Part shown: one piece after another, positions 38,713 to 48,248 of the stretch
Layout of the letters: each line of letters starts with the position of its first letter
Numbering within the stretch: position 1 is the first letter of the stretch
NCBI GenBank assembly: GCA_038247175.1
Contig: JBBRVD010000001.1
Location: forward strand, 1-63,406
Direction: 5' to 3'
DNA: 63,406 nucleotides
DNA from: Burkholderiales bacterium
GTDB taxonomy: Bacteria > Pseudomonadota > Gammaproteobacteria > Burkholderiales > Burkholderiaceae_C
Notes under the pieces: model-generated
Seen by the model: the letters and a program-made list of their open reading frames with translations, nothing else
What the model was told of the DNA's origin: nothing
Databases searched by the model: none
Made by a program: the position numbers and the translations under genes

Positions 38713-40011
38713 ATGGTGGATCCGGTCTCGCACGGCATCGAATCGCGTTACGCGTGGATACGACTGTTCGTGTCGCTCGCGCTGATGACGATCGGTGGCG
38801 TCGGCATGTACGGGGCGGCCGTTGTGCTGCCCGCGGTGCAGACCGAGTTTTCGGCCGTCCGGGGGGACGCGTCGTTGCCGTATACGCTGACGCTGATCGG
38901 TTTTGGTGTTGGTGGCGTCGTGATGGGCCGCCTGGCCGACCGGTTCGGCGTGATGGTGGTGGTGATGCTGGGTACGCTGTTTCTGGGTGCGGGTCTTGTC
39001 GCTGCTGGAGCGGCCGGCACCCTGTGGCAGTTCGGCCTGGCGCACGGGCTGCTGATTGGCATGCTGGGTACTTCGGCCACCTTCGCGCCGCTGGTGGCCG
39101 ACACCGCCCAGTGGTTCGATCGGCGTCGGGGTATCGCTCTGGCGATCTGCATGAGTGGCAACTACCTGGCGGGTGTGGTCTGGCCGCCGGTGATGCAGCA
39201 TTTCATTGACACCGCTGGCTGGCGCAGCACCTATATCGGGTTGGGAGTGGTTTGCGTGCTGACCATGTTGCCGCTGGCCCTGGTGCTGCGGCCGCGCCCG
39301 CCACCGGCCGTTGCCTACAGCGACGGCACCGGCGGCAACCCGACGCCGCCGATCCGTTCAGCCCGGTTCGTCGGTCAGTCCGATCCGCAGCGCCCGCTCG
39401 GCCTGCATCCGGGCATGCTGCAACTGCTGCTGTGCGTGGCCGGTGTCGCCTGTTGTGTTGCGATGGCGATGCCGCAGGTGCATATCGTGGCCTACTGCAC
39501 CGATCTGGGATTCGGCGCTGCCCGCGGCGCCGAGATGCTGTCGCTGATGATGGCCAGCGGCATCGTCAGCCGTCTGGTGTCGGGCTGGATCTCCGACCAT
39601 ATCGGAGGCCTGCATACGCTGTTGCTCGGTTCGGCGCTGCAGGGTGTGGCGCTGCTGCTGTTCCTGCCCTCCGACGGCCTGATGCCACTGTATGTGGTGT
39701 CCGGCCTGTTCGGGCTGTTCCAGGGCGGCATTGTGCCCAGTTATGCGCTGATCGTGCGCGAGTATTTCGCGCCGCAACAGGCCGGCGCGCGCGTCGGCAT
39801 GGTTCTGATGGCGACCATGCTCGGCATGGCGCTGGGCGGATGGTTGTCGGGCGCAATCTTCGACTGGACCGGCTCGTACCACGCGGCCTTCATCCATGGC
39901 ATTGCCTGGAACCTGCTCAATCTGTCGATCGTGGTGTTTCTGATCCTGCGCGCGCGGCGCGGTCCGCGGCGATTGTCGGCACCGCACGCGGCCTCCGTGG
40001 CGGCGTCCTGA
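38713..40011 (+). CDS. MFS transporter
   Basis: About 12 TM segments; GRLADRFG and GWISDHIG motifs; WFDRRRG. Confidence 0.9.
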   Translation: MVDPVSHGIESRYAWIRLFVSLALMTIGGVGMYGAAVVLPAVQTEFSAVRGDASLPYTLTLIGFGVGGVVMGRLADRFGVMVVVMLGTLFLGAGLVAAGAAGTLWQFGLAHGLLIGMLGTSATFAPLVADTAQWFDRRRGIALAICMSGNYLAGVVWPPVMQHFIDTAGWRSTYIGLGVVCVLTMLPLALVLRPRPPPAVAYSDGTGGNPTPPIRSARFVGQSDPQRPLGLHPGMLQLLLCVAGVACCVAMAMPQVHIVAYCTDLGFGAARGAEMLSLMMASGIVSRLVSGWISDHIGGLHTLLLGSALQGVALLLFLPSDGLMPLYVVSGLFGLFQGGIVPSYALIVREYFAPQQAGARVGMVLMATMLGMALGGWLSGAIFDWTGSYHAAFIHGIAWNLLNLSIVVFLILRARRGPRRLSAPHAASVAAS

Positions 40012-40046
40012 GCGCCCGATCAAGCCGCGACGGATGGCGGGCCACC

Positions 40047-41582
40047 TCAGGGCCTCAGGTTCAGCGGCACCGACCGTTTCTCGTGCTTTTTCTGCATCAC
40101 CAGTTCGACGCTGCCGTCGTCGTTCTGACGCTCCAGCCGCACGGCAAAACCCCACAGGAAGGCGAGGTGCTCGACCACGGTTTCGCTGGACGCGTCCAGC
40201 GGGCGCCGCTGGTGCGCAAAATGGCGCAAAGTGAGTGACCGGTCGCCGCGCAGGTCGACGTTCCAGACCTGCAGATTGGGCTCGCGCCGACCCAGGTCGT
40301 ATTGCTCCGACAGGCGCTGGCGCACTGCCCGGTAGCCGCCTTCGTCGTGGATGGCGTCGATCAGCAGCTTGCTTCGTCCGTCGTCGTCCAGCACCGAGAA
40401 AAAACGGAACTCACGCATCAGCCGCGGCGACAGGTACTGGGCGATGAAACTCTCGTCCTTGAAGTTCTGCATCGCAAAATCGAAGGTCTCGCGCCAGTTG
40501 GAACCCGCGATCTCCGGGAACCACTCCCGATCCTCGTCGTCGGGCCGTTCACAGATACGCTGGATGTCACGCCACATGGCAAATCCCAGCGCATACGGGT
40601 TGATGCCGGAGTAGTGGGGGCTGTTGTAGGGCGGCTGGTAAACCACGTTGGTATGCGACTGCAGGAACTCGAGCATGAAGCCGTCCGATACACCGCCTTC
40701 GTCGTACAGGCTGTTGAGCAAGGTGTAGTGCCAGAATGTCGCCCAGCCTTCGTTCATGACCTGGGTCTGGCGCTGCGGGTAGAAGTACTGGCCGATCTTG
40801 CGCACGATACGGATCACTTCGCGTTGCCAGGGTTCGAGCAGCGGCGCGTGTTTCTCGACGAAATACAGCAGGTTTTCCTCGGGCTCGGCCGGGAAGCGTT
40901 TTTCCTCCCGCAGTTGTGCCCGCTCCTGCGCTGGCGGCAAAGTGCGCCACAAAGCGTTGACCTGGGTCTGCAGGTAATCGGCACGCGCCTGCTGGCGCTC
41001 GGTTTCCTTGGCCAGCGACAATTGCGAGGAGCGTTTGTAGCGATCGACACCGACAGTCTGAAGCGCATGGCAGGCGTCGATGACCCGCTCGACCGTCGAC
41101 ACACCGTGCCGCTCCTCGCATTCGGCGATGTAGTTGCGGGCAAATACCAGGTAGTCGACGATGGCATCGGCGCTGGTCCACTGCCGGAACAGGTGGTTCC
41201 CCTTGAAAAACGAGTTGTGCCCGTATGCCGCGTGGGCGATCACCAGCGCCTGCATCGGCAATGTGTTCTCGTCCATCAGGTAGGCGATGCAGGGGTTGGA
41301 ATTGATGACGATCTCGTAGGCCAGGCCCATCTGGCCGCGCCTGTAGCGATTCTCGGTGGCCAGGAAGTGCTTGCCAAACGACCAATGGTGGTAGTACACC
41401 GGCATGCCGATCGACGCATAGGCGTCCATCATCTGCTCGGTGCTGATGACCTCCAGCAGGTGCGGATAACAGTCGAGCCGGTAACGCCCGGCGATGCGGC
41501 CGATCGCGGCGTCGTACTGGGCGAGTGCCTCGAACGTCCATTCGGAGCCGCCCGGTAGCGACAGGACCCGCCCGCCGTTCAT
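40047..41582 (-). CDS. ycgB: SpoVR family protein (YcgB)
   Basis: GMPVYYHHWSFGK, AYEIVINSNPC, HNSFFK, MNEGWA, NPYALG. Confidence 0.93.
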   Translation of the reverse strand: MNGGRVLSLPGGSEWTFEALAQYDAAIGRIAGRYRLDCYPHLLEVISTEQMMDAYASIGMPVYYHHWSFGKHFLATENRYRRGQMGLAYEIVINSNPCIAYLMDENTLPMQALVIAHAAYGHNSFFKGNHLFRQWTSADAIVDYLVFARNYIAECEERHGVSTVERVIDACHALQTVGVDRYKRSSQLSLAKETERQQARADYLQTQVNALWRTLPPAQERAQLREEKRFPAEPEENLLYFVEKHAPLLEPWQREVIRIVRKIGQYFYPQRQTQVMNEGWATFWHYTLLNSLYDEGGVSDGFMLEFLQSHTNVVYQPPYNSPHYSGINPYALGFAMWRDIQRICERPDDEDREWFPEIAGSNWRETFDFAMQNFKDESFIAQYLSPRLMREFRFFSVLDDDGRSKLLIDAIHDEGGYRAVRQRLSEQYDLGRREPNLQVWNVDLRGDRSLTLRHFAHQRRPLDASSETVVEHLAFLWGFAVRLERQNDDGSVELVMQKKHEKRSVPLNLRP

Positions 41583-41640
41583 GCCGCACCCCCGCTTGCA
41601 CGGTGTTCGCCTTTTCCCACGCGCGATGGCGCGACGTCGA

Positions 41641-42951
41641 TCACGACGTCTCCAAGGTGCGTTTGCGGAACAGTTCCCGGAACACGGGGTAGATATCCTT
41701 GACGGTGCCGATACGCTGCATTGCGAACACGCCGGGATGGCTGGACTGCAACTTCGCGTATTCGCGCCACAGGTTTTGCTGCGGACCGTCGGTGATTTCG
41801 ATGTAGGCGAAATACTGGACCCACTGCAGCAGCGAGTTTTCCAGGATGGCGCGGCAACGCGGGGAGTCGTCGTTCCAGTTGTCGCCGTCCGAGGCCTGAG
41901 CGCCGTAGATATTCCAGCTGCCGCCGGGATACCGCGCAGCGGCGATGCTGCGCATCAGTTCAAGCGCGCTAGACACGACGGTGCCGCCGGTTTCGCGCGA
42001 GGTGAAGAAATCGTCCTCGTTCACCTCCACCGCGATCGTGTGGTGCCGGATGAATACCACCTCGGTGTGCTCGTAGTTGCGTGTCAGAAACAGGTACAGC
42101 AGCATGAAGAACCGCTTGGCGATATTCTTGCGTTCCTCATCCATCGATCCCGACACATCCAGCAGGCAGAACATCACTGCCTGTGTCGTGGGCTGGGGAA
42201 TGCGCACCCGGTTGTTGTAGCGCAGATCGAAGGTGTCGATAAAGGGCACCGCCTCGATACGCGCGCGCAGGCGTGCAATCTCGCGGCGCATCCGAACGAC
42301 GTCCGGATGGTCGCAGTCTTCGGTCGTTGTCGTGACGGGCAAGGTCGCCAGCAACGCACGCAGCTCCAGCTCCAGCGCACGCAGCCGCGCGGCGTAGGGC
42401 GACCCGATGGCGATCCTGCGCCCGGCAGCGCCGCGCATCGTGCGGCCGAGGTTGATATTGGTCGGCACCCCGCTCTGGGTGTAACCCGCGCGTACCCGCT
42501 TGTACTGGTCGATACGCGCGAGCTGGCGTTTGACCATGTTCGGCAGTGCGAGTTCGTCAAAGAAGATATCCAGGAATTCGTCCCGGGTCAGGGTGAAGAC
42601 GAACTCATCGAGACCCTGGCCATCGCGGCTGGCCTGGCCCTTGCCGGAGCCGCCGCCACTGCCGCCAAGCGGGCGATCGACCTCGTCACCCTGCGCGAAG
42701 CGGTCATTGCCAGGGTTGACGGTTTCCCAGGCCCCGCCGCGGCCATGCGCGAACTGGGGTTCCTCGATGTCCTTGCCTGGAATGCCGATCTTCTCTCCGT
42801 TGTCGAGGTCACGCACGCCGCGCTGGCCGATGGCATCCGACACGGCCTTGCGGATCTGCCCCTTGAAGCGCTTGATGAAGCGCGCGCGATTGACCGAACT
42901 CTTGTTCTTGCTGTCAAACCTGCGGTCGACGACGCGCACTGTCATCAGCAC
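41641..42951 (-). CDS. yeaH: YeaH/YhbH family vWA-domain protein
   Basis: KNKSSVNRARF, PGNDRF, AVMFCLLDVSGSM, ETGGTVVSS, SDGDNW. Confidence 0.93.
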   Translation of the reverse strand: MLMTVRVVDRRFDSKNKSSVNRARFIKRFKGQIRKAVSDAIGQRGVRDLDNGEKIGIPGKDIEEPQFAHGRGGAWETVNPGNDRFAQGDEVDRPLGGSGGGSGKGQASRDGQGLDEFVFTLTRDEFLDIFFDELALPNMVKRQLARIDQYKRVRAGYTQSGVPTNINLGRTMRGAAGRRIAIGSPYAARLRALELELRALLATLPVTTTTEDCDHPDVVRMRREIARLRARIEAVPFIDTFDLRYNNRVRIPQPTTQAVMFCLLDVSGSMDEERKNIAKRFFMLLYLFLTRNYEHTEVVFIRHHTIAVEVNEDDFFTSRETGGTVVSSALELMRSIAAARYPGGSWNIYGAQASDGDNWNDDSPRCRAILENSLLQWVQYFAYIEITDGPQQNLWREYAKLQSSHPGVFAMQRIGTVKDIYPVFRELFRKRTLETS

Positions 42952-43049
42952 CGCCCGGCCGTTCCGAAGGTGCTGGCGGCCCCCGTCGGGGGCAGCGAAC
43001 GCCGAGAGCGTGAGGGTCGTCTCATTTCAAGTCTTGGCTGCCTGCGCGT

Positions 43050-44972
43050 TCAGGACGATTTGCGCACGCGCAGATACCACTCGCACAACAGCCGCACCTG
43101 TTTCTCGGTGTAGCCCTTGCTGATCATGCGATCGACGAAGTCCTGGTGCTTCTTCTGGTCGTCGGCGCTGGCCTTGGCATTGAACGATATCACCGGCAAC
43201 AGGTCTTCGGTATTGGAGAACATCTTCTTCTCGATCACCGCGCGCAACTTCTCGTACGAGGTCCAGCTCGGGGTGCGGCCCTCGTTCCTGGCCCGTGCCC
43301 GCAGCACGAAATTGACCACCTCGTTGCGGAAGTCCTTCGGGTTGGAGATACCGGCGGGTTTCTCCATCTTCTCGAGCTCGTCGTTGAGTGCGGCGCGGTC
43401 GAGCATCTCGCCGGTGTTGACATCGCGGTATTCCTGGTCCTGTATCCAGAAGTCGGCGTAGGTGACGTAACGGTCGAAGATGTTCTGTCCGTACTCGGAA
43501 TAACTCTCGAGGTAGGCGGTCTGGATCTCCTTGCCGATGAACTCGGCATACCGCGGCGACAGGAATTCCTTGATGATGCGCAGGTGCTTTTCCTCGATCT
43601 CGGGAGCGAACTGCTCCTGTTCGATCTGCTGCTCGAGCACGTACATCAGGTGCACCGGGTTGGCAGCCACCTCGCGGTGGTCGAAGTTGAACACCCGCGA
43701 CAGGATCTTGAATGCGAAACGCGTCGATAGACCGGTCATGCCCTCGTCCACGCCGGCGAAGTCGCGATACTCCTGGTAACTCTTGGCCTTGGGGTCGGTA
43801 TCCTTGAGATTTTCGCCGTCGTACACCCGCATCTTGGAGTAAAGACTCGAGTTCTCCGGCTCCTTGAGCCGCGACAGGACCGAGAACTGCGCCAGCATGC
43901 GCAGGGTATCGGGTGCGCAGGGCGCCTCGGACAGGGATGAATGGGTCAGCAGCTTTTCGTAGATGTGGATTTCGTCCGACACCCGAAGCGAGTAGGGCAC
44001 CTTGACAATGTAGATCCGGTCCAGGAACGCCTCGTTGTTCCGGTTGTTCTTGAAGGTCAGCCATTCGGCTTCGTTGGAGTGCGCCAGCACCAGCCCGTCG
44101 AACGGGATGGCGCCGAAGCCCTCGGTGCCCTTGTAATTGCCCTCCTGCGTTGCGGTCAGCAGAGGATGCAGTACCTTGATCGGTGCCTTGAACATCTCGA
44201 CGAACTCCAGCACGCCGCGATTGGCCAGGCACAGGCCGCCCGAATACGAGTAGGCATCCGGGTCGTCCTGTGAATAGGACTCGAGTTTGCGGATATCGAT
44301 CTTGCCCACCAGCGACGAGATGTCCTGGTTGTTCTCGTCGCCCGGTTCGGTTTTGGCCACCGCGACCTGCGACAGCACCGAAGGGTTCAGGCGCACGACC
44401 CGAAATTGCGTGATGTCGCCGCCGTACTCGCGCAGCCGCTTGACTGCCCAGGGGCTCATGATGGTGTTGAGATACCGTCGCGCGATGCCGTAGTCGTCTT
44501 GCAGCAGTTTGCCGTCTTCGTGCGGATTGAACAGGCCCAGCGGCGATTCGTGCACTGGAGAGGCCTTGATCGCGTAGATCGGGATCTTCTCGATCAGATA
44601 CTTGAGTTTCTCTGCCAGCGTCGATTTACCGCCACCCACCGGGCCGAGCAGGTAGAGGATCTGCTTCTTCTCTTCGAGGCCCTGGGCTGCATGGCGGAAG
44701 TAGGACACGATGTGTTCAATCGCGTCCTCCATGCCATACAGGTCACCAAAGTTGGGATAGCGGCGCAGCATCTTGTTGGCAAAGATGCGCGACAGTCGCT
44801 GGTCGGTACGGGTGTCGATCAGTTCCGGCTCGCCGATCGCGACGAGCATACGCTCGGCGACGCTGGCGTAAACGGTGGGGTCCTTCTTGCACAGATCCAG
44901 GTACTCCTGAATCGACATCTCCTCTTCTTGCGCCGCTTCGAATCGACTCTGGTAACGCGAAAAAATCGACAT
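43050..44972 (-). CDS. yeaG: PrkA family AAA+/serine protein kinase YeaG
   Basis: LLGPVGGGKS, EPGDENNQDIS, EFVEMFKAP, NEAFLDR; AGGAGG RBS. Confidence 0.95.
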   Translation of the reverse strand: MSIFSRYQSRFEAAQEEEMSIQEYLDLCKKDPTVYASVAERMLVAIGEPELIDTRTDQRLSRIFANKMLRRYPNFGDLYGMEDAIEHIVSYFRHAAQGLEEKKQILYLLGPVGGGKSTLAEKLKYLIEKIPIYAIKASPVHESPLGLFNPHEDGKLLQDDYGIARRYLNTIMSPWAVKRLREYGGDITQFRVVRLNPSVLSQVAVAKTEPGDENNQDISSLVGKIDIRKLESYSQDDPDAYSYSGGLCLANRGVLEFVEMFKAPIKVLHPLLTATQEGNYKGTEGFGAIPFDGLVLAHSNEAEWLTFKNNRNNEAFLDRIYIVKVPYSLRVSDEIHIYEKLLTHSSLSEAPCAPDTLRMLAQFSVLSRLKEPENSSLYSKMRVYDGENLKDTDPKAKSYQEYRDFAGVDEGMTGLSTRFAFKILSRVFNFDHREVAANPVHLMYVLEQQIEQEQFAPEIEEKHLRIIKEFLSPRYAEFIGKEIQTAYLESYSEYGQNIFDRYVTYADFWIQDQEYRDVNTGEMLDRAALNDELEKMEKPAGISNPKDFRNEVVNFVLRARARNEGRTPSWTSYEKLRAVIEKKMFSNTEDLLPVISFNAKASADDQKKHQDFVDRMISKGYTEKQVRLLCEWYLRVRKSS

Positions 44973-45226
44973 CGACTTCCTCCTTGTAGCGAGAGCGGGA
45001 CACCGGGGTCATGCGGCGCTCCCTGGATGATTGGAATTCATGATAGCCATTACCCGGCACACCTGCCAGTGAGGGTTATAGGTATTTGACGCATGCCGAG
45101 GCATTTGGTTGACCTGGTACGGCACGATGTTGTAACCGGGCTTGTCGGAGCCGGACCATGGTGTGCGTAACGGCTTGTGCGCCTGCGCGTCGTCGGGCGG
45201 CGCGCAAGCCTGTACGTGTTGCAGTG

Positions 45227-45496
45227 TCAGCGGGCCGCGCCGCGCACAAAGGCCTGCAGGTCGTCCAGCAAGGCGGCAAACATCTGTTCATTGTCCGATG
45301 CGTTGCGCATCGGCTTGTCCAGGCCCTTGGTCAGCGAGGTGACCTTGAGTTCATCGGCGCACATGTACAGCTGCCCGATCTTCTCGGCCACCGCCTGGTA
45401 GCTGTTGTTGATGTCCTGCACGCGCCGAGTCAGTTCGCCGATCGCTGTGGCGTCGATAGTCTCGAGCTCGGAAATCATCGTGGTGTCGATATGCAT
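45227..45496 (-). CDS. small helical hypothetical protein
   Basis: 89-aa ORF with strongly host-like codon usage. Confidence 0.7.
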   Translation of the reverse strand: MHIDTTMISELETIDATAIGELTRRVQDINNSYQAVAEKIGQLYMCADELKVTSLTKGLDKPMRNASDNEQMFAALLDDLQAFVRGAAR

Positions 45497-45565
45497 GGTT
45501 GTTCCAATCGGACTGCCGGTGTGCGCGGGGTATCGCTGAGCACACCGGTCGGTGCCGCCTCGATA

Positions 45566-45877
45566 TCAGCGGATCAGGATGTCGTTCTTGACCTGCCTGA
45601 CGCCCGGCACACCCTGAGCCAGCTGGACGGCGCGGTTGCGCTCGGAGACCTTCTTGACAAAACCGGCCAATTGCACCGTGCCTTTGAAGGTCTCGACGTT
45701 GATTGACAGGCCACTGACATCGGGATCGTTCAGCAACAAGGACTTGACGCGCGCGGTCAATATCGTGTCGTCGATGTATTCACCAGTGCTCGCCCGCTGG
45801 GGATTGCCGGCGCAGGCCGCCAGGATCAGGGCCAGACCGAGTGCCAGAACCAGCTGGCCTGTTTTCTGCAGATTCAC
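45566..45877 (-). CDS. BON-domain lipoprotein (OsmY-like)
   Basis: Lipobox LAAC, GEYIDDTILTARVK, GTVQLAGFV, GVRQVKND; AAGGAG RBS. Confidence 0.9.
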   Translation of the reverse strand: MNLQKTGQLVLALGLALILAACAGNPQRASTGEYIDDTILTARVKSLLLNDPDVSGLSINVETFKGTVQLAGFVKKVSERNRAVQLAQGVPGVRQVKNDILIR

Positions 45878-45929
45878 GTTGTCTCCTTGGTTGAGTGGAT
45901 GAAATATCGGCGGTGCGTTGCGGCGGGCT

Positions 45930-46361
45930 TCAGCGGCGTGCGACCAGCTCGGTCAACGACAGCGGCTGCGCATGGTCCTGCCGCGTCTCCGACGGCATGG
46001 ACACGACAGAAGCAGAGCCCATGCGCTCGTTGAGCAGCCGGAATTCGGTCGAGATCAACTGGTGCAGGTTTTCCATGCGCGAGGCTTCAGCCTTGTCCGC
46101 CAGCGCCTGCACCCGGTGGATCTCCTTGAGCAGCTTGCGGCTCTCCAGCAGCGAGCTGATCTGGTTGTTCAGGTAGGCGACCAGGAAGAATGCCAGCAGC
46201 ACGCCAGCCGTGGCCAGCAGCACGACGCCCAGCGGCGCCTCGCCTTGCCACAACACCAGATCCAGCGGCGCCGGCGAGGTGAGCGTGTGCCAATTGAGGA
46301 AACACAAGGCGGCGACGATGGCCAGCGCTCCCCACGCCAATAAATTGCTTACCCGTTTCAT
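45930..46361 (-). CDS. LapA/DUF1049-like membrane protein
   Basis: TM-LNW-loop-APLGVVLL-TM followed by coiled coil. Confidence 0.7.
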   Translation of the reverse strand: MKRVSNLLAWGALAIVAALCFLNWHTLTSPAPLDLVLWQGEAPLGVVLLATAGVLLAFFLVAYLNNQISSLLESRKLLKEIHRVQALADKAEASRMENLHQLISTEFRLLNERMGSASVVSMPSETRQDHAQPLSLTELVARR

Positions 46362-46447
46362 GTTGTTCTCCGGTTGTTGGAGGCAGCGGTATCGATGCGC
46401 GCCGACGCACTGCTTTTGCACTGTTTAGGGATTCGGGCTCAGTGTAT

Positions 46448-46500
46448 ATTATGATTTTTGCGAAGTAAACGCGAAAATTTATAAAGACCGTTTGCAAAAT
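46448..46500. promoter_or_regulatory. AT-rich divergent promoter with probable LysR operator
   Basis: CATAAT on the minus strand at 46448-46453; imperfect dyad TTTTGCG-N7-CGCGAAA at 46456-46476. Confidence 0.5.
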
Positions 46501-47473
46501 GAAAATGTTTGGGATTGAGGCAGCGCCCGAAGTGGAACCGGCGGCTCATCGCAACTTGCTGGACTGGAATGATTTTCAGCTGGTGTTGCAGGTTGCCCGC
46601 CATGGCAGCGTGGCCAAGGCCTGCGCGGCGTCGGGCACCACCCATTCGACGGTGCTGCGCAAGCTCGATGCGCTCGAGACCCGCCTGGCCACGCGCCTGT
46701 TCGAACGTACGCGGGGGCGGTACGTACTGACCCCGGCGGGTCACGAGATCGAACAGGCCGCGCGTGTGTTCGAGCCGCAGGCCCAGTTGGCCGAGACGCG
46801 GGTGCGCGGTCAGGATATGCGGCCCAGCGGCGATGTTCGCGTGGCGGTGGCATCGATCCTGGTCGAGCGGCTGATCCCGGGTGTGCTGGTGCAGTTCCGC
46901 TCGGCTTTTCCCGATGTGCGCATCGAGCTGGTCGCCTCGCGCGACCATGTGAGCCTGTCGCGTCGCGATGCCGATGTTGCGATCCGGGTGGCTGACCTGG
47001 TCCCGGAATGGATGATCGGACGCAAGCTGGCGACGGTCCAGTTCAAGGTGTACGGGTTGCGGCGCGGGTCGGGACGCGCCAACCTGCGCAGCGTCGAGAC
47101 GCTGGCGCAGGAGCGGCGCTGGATTGCGTTCGAGCGCGACGCGCGTGAACTCAAGTTCGATCGCTGGCTGGCGCAGCAGTTGCCAGACTCCAGTGTCGTG
47201 TTGCGCGTCGACAATTTCAGCCACGCGCTGAGCATGGTCCGCTCGGGTCTGGGAATCGCCCTGCTGCCGGCCTTTCTGGAGCACGAGCTGTCGGAACTGC
47301 AGCCGATGACGGCGGCCATCGCCGAACTGGAGACACCGCTGTGGTTGCTGACCCATCCAGAGCTCAAGAACACCACCCGCATCAAGGTGCTGATGCGCGC
47401 CTTCGGGCCGGCGCTGGCGCATGCGGTGCAGGCAGCGCAGGTCGCGCGCGGCGGTATTGTTGGCGCCGCCTGA
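46499..47473 (+). CDS. LysR-family transcriptional regulator
   Basis: LDWNDF..GSVAKA..HSTVLRKLDALE, RLFER, LSRRDADVAIR. Confidence 0.9.
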   Translation: MKMFGIEAAPEVEPAAHRNLLDWNDFQLVLQVARHGSVAKACAASGTTHSTVLRKLDALETRLATRLFERTRGRYVLTPAGHEIEQAARVFEPQAQLAETRVRGQDMRPSGDVRVAVASILVERLIPGVLVQFRSAFPDVRIELVASRDHVSLSRRDADVAIRVADLVPEWMIGRKLATVQFKVYGLRRGSGRANLRSVETLAQERRWIAFERDARELKFDRWLAQQLPDSSVVLRVDNFSHALSMVRSGLGIALLPAFLEHELSELQPMTAAIAELETPLWLLTHPELKNTTRIKVLMRAFGPALAHAVQAAQVARGGIVGAA

Positions 47474-47499
47474 GCGCCGCCTGTGACCCCGACAGGCTC

Positions 47500-48240
47500 C
47501 TAGTCCCGCAGCACCTCGAGCAGGCGGTCCAGGCCGCCGGACTGGATCGCGACTTGGGCCTGTTCGCGTACGCGCGGCTTGGCATGGTAGGCCACGGACA
47601 GGCCCGCAACAGACATCATCGCCAGATCGTTGGCGCCGTCACCGACGGCAATCGCCTGGCGCGGCGTCAGTCCCAGCCGCGCGCAGGTCGTCAGCACCAT
47701 GCGCTTTTTTTCCTCGCCGTCGCAGATATCGCCCCAGTCCTGGTCAACCATCCGGCCAGTCAGCTTCCCGTCCACGATATCGAGTTGGTTGGAGCGGGTG
47801 AAGTCCAGTCTCAGCCGGTCGCGTATCCGATCCGAGAACCAGGTGAAACCGCCACTGACCAGCAGGGTCTTGAGGCCAGCGGCCTGGCAACGTTCCACCA
47901 GCACCGCGGCTCCGGGATTGAGCTGCAGCACGTCGCGGTACACCGCCTCCAGGTGGCTCACCGGTACGCCGGCCAACAGCGCCACGCGCTGGCGCAGGCT
48001 CTGCTTGTAGTCGGTGATCTCGCCGCGCATGGCGGCTTCGGTGATGGCGGCCACTTCGGCCTTGCGCCCGGCAGCGGCGGCGATCTCGTCGACGCATTCG
48101 ATGTTGATCAGCGTCGAGTCCATGTCGAAAGCGATCAGGCCGAAGTCGCGCAGGCGCAGCGGTGGCTGGATGCCACGGATATGCAAGCCGGGCGCCAATT
48201 CGAAGCTGCGGCATGCACTGGCGGTGGTGATGGTGGTCAT
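47500..48240 (-). CDS. serB: phosphoserine phosphatase
   Basis: FDMDSTLI, TEAAMRGE, VSGGF, GDGANDL. Confidence 0.93.
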   Translation of the reverse strand: MTTITTASACRSFELAPGLHIRGIQPPLRLRDFGLIAFDMDSTLINIECVDEIAAAAGRKAEVAAITEAAMRGEITDYKQSLRQRVALLAGVPVSHLEAVYRDVLQLNPGAAVLVERCQAAGLKTLLVSGGFTWFSDRIRDRLRLDFTRSNQLDIVDGKLTGRMVDQDWGDICDGEEKKRMVLTTCARLGLTPRQAIAVGDGANDLAMMSVAGLSVAYHAKPRVREQAQVAIQSGGLDRLLEVLRD

Positions 48241-48248
48241 GGTCTGTT

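Noticed and set aside
45120-45135. sigma54-like GGCACG..TTGT upstream of yeaG
   Set aside because: Spacing is one base short, the -12 GC is absent, and it points away from yeaG
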